Source: Girardia tigrina (Eukaryota). Taken from it: a stretch of DNA of 55,041 nt. Below are positions 50,619 through 55,041 of the stretch, in pieces; position 1 is the first letter of the stretch; each line of letters starts with the position of its first letter. The DNA lies in NCBI GenBank assembly GCA_001938485.1, contig MQRK01182241.1:1-55041 (forward strand), in the 5' to 3' direction. Below the pieces are notes generated by a model. The model was not told the origin of the DNA. It saw only the letters and a list, made by a program, of their open reading frames with translations, and made no database searches. Position numbers and translations under genes: made by a program.

Positions 50619-51953
50619 CAGGGGTGGCCATAAGTCGCTTTACCCAGTTTTAATAATAATAAACACAAAATTCTAAATGATACAACTTTTATTTAATCAG
50701 CGTACAATAATAATTTCAAAACAAAAACTTGAAAACAATTAAATCTTATCTTCAAAGTGTTGTCCTTCAGATTTAATACACAACTGGATTCTTCTCTGAA
50801 CAGAGTGACAGTTTCGTTCGCAGAAGTCTTTATCGTTGTTCAAAGCTGAAAATTCTGTAGTAATTCTTTCCTTCAACTCGGATATGGTTAGAACATTTTA
50901 TGAGTAAACGCGTTCCTTCAGGATACCCCACATTGAATAATCACAAGGTGTCATGTCCGGTGATCGTGGAGGCCATTCAGTGGTTCCTCTCCTGCCGATC
51001 CACATCTCAAAAGTGTTATCCAAAAGGTCGCGTACATTTCTACCATAATGAGGGTTAGCACCGTCTTGCATCCAAACGTCGTTATCTGTGTCAAGCTGAG
51101 GTACGGCAAAATCACGCAGCATGTCGATGTATAGCTGAGAATTGACCGTTCCATCAAAGAAGTATGGACCCAGCACACCAGTTGAACGTATTCCTCCCCA
51201 CACACAAATTCCTGGAGAAAGATTGTTGGTCTCCCATACCAGATGAGGACTCTCAGTGAGTAGTACACGGCATTATGCAAATTAACGTGACCATTCAACT
51301 TAAATGAAGCTTCGTCGGTCCAAATTATTCTGTCCCTGATGTCAATATTCTCATGAAGTTGTTGCTGTAACCATTCGCAAAATTCTATGCGCCTGTCATA
51401 ATCGTCATCATTCATTTGATGGAGAAAACGAGGTCGGCAAACTTTCAACTCAATGTCCTTCATTATTCTACGTAAACTTGTGCGTGGTATATGCAACTGC
51501 AAACTTGCACGAACTGCAGATGTTGATGGCGCATTCTGATAGAAAGTTCTAACATTTTCTTTATTTTCATCGGTATTCATATTGTTAGGGCGCCCACTTC
51601 TTTTCTTGTCGGTTACAGAGCCGGTCTCGTGAATTTTTTTAGCCAAAACATGCATTGATTGTCATGATGGAGGAGCGTCATTAGGATACTCTTTTGCAAA
51701 TGCTGCAGCTACAGTTCTTGAATTTCTATCATGCTTTATCCACTGCTTTACTGTAAAAAGTCGTTGATGAAGCTTTAATTGTCGTGCCATGCCAATATTG
51801 CCAACAACAATGAACAAAATGAAATAATTTTAAAATTTTTTAAATAAATAATTATTAAAACAAAAAATTTTATCTGGTTTTTGTTTATAAATTATTTAGA
51901 ATTTTGTGTTTATTATTATTAAAACTGGGTAAAGCGACTTATGGCCACCCCTG
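50619..51953 (-). mobile_element. Tc1/mariner DD41D (rosa/Visitor)-group transposon, full length but disrupted
   Basis: Perfect 60-bp TIRs starting caggggtggccataagtcgc and TA TSDs; WTDEASF, MQDGANPH, WPPRSPDMTPCDY with 40-residue D-D spacing. ATG at ~51790, one stop and a frameshift near 51250. Confidence 0.93.
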
Positions 51954-52169
51954 TATTTTCATCAAATTTGAAATTAACTTTTTTACTTTATAATAAATCT
52001 TTTCATAAACCTACCGTAAAATTTATTTTATTTCTTACATGAATTAATTTTTTACATTAAATTTCTGATAATCTTATTTTAACATATCTATAACAATATG
52101 TTACGGAATGTAATTGTTTAATTATTAATTTGATAAGATTGTAACTTCAAAAATTTTATGAACTCAACA

Positions 52170-52440
52170 ACGCTCCCAACATGACTGACAACTAACATAA
52201 CTCCCACCGGGATAGCTATAAATTTCTTTGTGCAATAACATGTAGTATAATTCCGGTCATACTCGTGCTATCTTGCTTTTGACCTACCACACCACCATCA
52301 AATGTATTATATTCTAAATTTTCCCATCATGTTTGTCATCCTAATATATCAAAACCCCTTCTTTTATCCACTCGTTTATTTCTTCTAGAAAGAGCTCCTT
52401 ATCTTTGCTGAGAATGTCATAATTACACATGACGTTCTCC
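52170..52440 (-). mobile_element. Gypsy-like RT N-terminal remnant
   Basis: KELFLEEINEWIKEGVLI...IIHLMVV...RV*PELYY, with stops. Confidence 0.5.
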
Positions 52441-53899
52441 TAACCTTATGATCATTGACGAAAGCTTATTAAAAAATCTTGTTTCCTTAATTTTGAATTA
52501 TTTTCTCGATATCCAATATTAAATTGTTCAATGATCCACTTAATGAATATTTACTTAAATTAAATAGTAATTTCACATTTTAGCTTACTCTACAAAGCTA
52601 AAAACTAATATTCTCAAATTTAACATAAAAATATATAGTTTTAATTATTAGTCTCTTATTAGTAGTCTACTTTTTTTATCATTTTAAGTGACAGTAAAAT
52701 AAATATTCGAAGGATTAGACTTTTTGTTGATTTTTGATGTTTGTTAAAAATTCTAAACCTTATCTGACTGGTGTACTTCTTGGCAGTTACACTTTATTAT
52801 TTACCATTTTAGTATCAGAAAAATAGTTGTAAACTTTATGCTTTCATTTCTCAAACTATAATCAGTGGTAAATATTTTAATAAGAAGCAATTAAAATCTT
52901 TTAAAGTTACTTTTTTGAATGAAATTTGACTAGAAATTAAAGGAAATATTATTAATTCAAAAGTAGTCTAAATAGTAAGTAAATTAACTCTTCATCATAC
53001 ACTTAAGGTCGTAGTCCTTCCTGTACCATGCTGTGTAACGTGTACACATTGATTCTAATAACTTAAATATCTCTATGTTGTTTTTGATAATTCACAGTCG
53101 ATGATCTATATTTTTTATAAATTCAACAGATAAATTTCATTTATTATCATATATTGACTTCTACCATAAGCAATGTCAATGAATATTTATATTTATATCG
53201 ATTCTAAACCATTCGTTTCTGAATGTGTAGCTACTACACAGCACTGTAACATGCGTATTTTTTTAGCACGGTAAGGGAATGGTTAACATCGATCCGAATG
53301 AAATATAATTTTACCACGTGTAAAAACAGAAATCACAGAATCAAGTTTTTTGTCAATAAATATAAAAGCATGAATGCTTTCACAAATATCCTTTTGCATC
53401 TGAATATTTTGGAATATATTTTAATAAAAATCCCTAATTTATGTTTAAAAACAATAAATAATTCGATTTTTGCATTCTGTCATTTGATTTATTTGTGTGT
53501 TGTAAAGTTTCCTGGAACTTTTATACGAGAAATAACTTTTACAATTTTTAAGGTCTCCTAGAAAATTCTATATTTTTGTTTTTATACATCAGTTTCATCT
53601 TTAATTCGATAATTTTATAGTAAATTTATAAGCCGTTGCAGTCGCTGCTTATTAGTTTTACTTTATGTGTGAGGTGAAAATTTAAATTCTTGTTCGTCTC
53701 CATCACAGCAATGCGAATTTGTGCAGTTGAAGGTGCAGATTAGGTGTTCAATAAATCCGCAGCAGTAGAATGATAATATACTATTATGATATACTATTTT
53801 GATATATAATAAAAAAATAAATAATATAATATACTATTAATATAATATAATACTAATATACTATTTTGATTTACTTTTGTGACTTTATTTTTAATCTAG

Positions 53900-54406
53900 A
53901 AATTGAAAAAACTTAACGAAGAATTAAAGAACCAATCCAACAATAATGTACTTGTTCCTGTCGGGTTCGAATTAATTGAACTCGAAAAAATTAAAGAATT
54001 AACTCAAAAAATCAATGAGGGTAATCGAAAATTACAAGAAATGTGTGATCAAAACGTGTTCCTTAAAAACCAATTAACTGAAAGGGAAACATTTTTATCA
54101 AAAAATAATACAACACTGGAAGAAAAATATTCTCTGTTAAATTTAGAACGAGAAGAAAATTTAAAAGAAATTGTTAATTTAAGAAAATGTATTGAAACAT
54201 TGCAATCAGAGCTCACCAAAAATTCTGATAATAACATAGATGAAATGAAAGTCGAATTGGATAAAAAATCGGAAGCATTGATCAAAACAGAAGAAATTTT
54301 AACAAAATTACAATCTTGTGTTGAAGAAGAAGAAATAAAATGGAAAGAATTACTGGAAGACAAAACCATCAAATGTAAAAACCTCGAAAATGAAAATCAA
54401 CAAAAT
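53900..54406 (+). CDS. Kinectin/RRBP1-like exon (C-terminal coiled coil)
   Basis: ctag|KLKKLNEE...ENQQN|gtaaga, 507 nt. KTEEILTKLQSCVEEEEIKWK resembles RRBP1/kinectin ETE..L..LQ.SVEEEEQVW. Confidence 0.85.
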
Positions 54407-54440
54407 GTAAGATGATAATAAAATTTTTGATTTATCTTAG

Positions 54441-54500
54441 TTCTTAAAAAATATTTCAAATTTTAAACTAATTATACCAAGTCACAAAGAAAATCCATAA
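54441..54500 (+). CDS. Candidate terminal exon of the kinectin/RRBP1-like gene
   Basis: After a 34-bp GT-AG intron: FLKNISNFKLIIPSHKENP*. The gene may instead continue beyond the window. Confidence 0.25.
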   Translation, partial: FLKNISNFKLIIPSHKENP

Positions 54501-55041
54501 AATTACATCGAATTACTATTTTTTTAAATAAATTTACTAATTACGATATATATTGTCATTTACTACGAAACTCTACAGATGTGAAAAATGAGTCTTTCGT
54601 ATTCCCTCCACCAAGTAAAAATTTTTTTTCTGTTTATTTTATACAAATATTTATTTAATAATTTATTGTTATTTTTCAATAAAAGATAATTTCAAAAATT
54701 TATCAGAAATATTTTAACTGCAAAAATTTAGTCGTAAACCGGTAATGCTTGCTGCACCTATCGAGTAAGTTCTATCTGAAACATTAATTACGGTGTCCCG
54801 GGGCCACACAAATTACAAATATGTTTATATTAATATTTTTACATTAATGCTTTTATTTTAATGTTTTTTACATTAATATATTTTTTTTAATTTTTTGATG
54901 ACTTTCAAAAAATATTTTTAATTAATTATAATTACAGGGTGCGGCAGCTATTTGAGAACACGTAATATAGACACCATATCTTTTTGTGTGTTATAATTAC
55001 ATAATTTTATTTTTGCTGGTAGACATGGCAGAAGCTACTCT

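Noticed and set aside
54934-55041. TA-CAGGGTGCGGCAG as the start of another Tc1/mariner TIR
   Set aside because: The partner TIR and transposase would lie outside the window, so it cannot be confirmed.

Overview
AT-rich eukaryotic (animal) genomic DNA from a gapped draft scaffold. Two spliced host genes lie head-to-head with about 0.8 kb between their start codons. On the - strand is a phospholipase C-beta4/NorpA-like gene (4 exons found, 17263 to 2075, continuing off the left edge). On the + strand is an N-terminally membrane-anchored coiled-coil kinectin/RRBP1(p180)-like gene (18061 to at least 54406). Introns are bimodal: 39-68 bp mini-introns alternate with 4-14 kb introns filled with decayed transposons (mariner, Tc1/IS630, DD40/41D, pogo, Merlin, MULE, hAT, Helitron, Ty3/gypsy, Penelope-like). 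Four observations stand out. (1) About 10 Penelope-derived fragments mostly share a sharp upstream end (STGTGAGG) and a conserved TCTCCCACCCAGATGG box; one is a ~0.9-kb internally deleted copy ending in a hammerhead ribozyme. (2) Five minimal hammerhead motifs are present, and their catalytic core is intact only when antisense to the host gene. (3) A GC-rich intronless gene is nested antisense in a host intron, right behind a Helitron 3' end. (4) Several A/C-rich tracts keep their few G residues mainly inside palindromes and may be an assembly artefact. All calls were made by eye without database searches.
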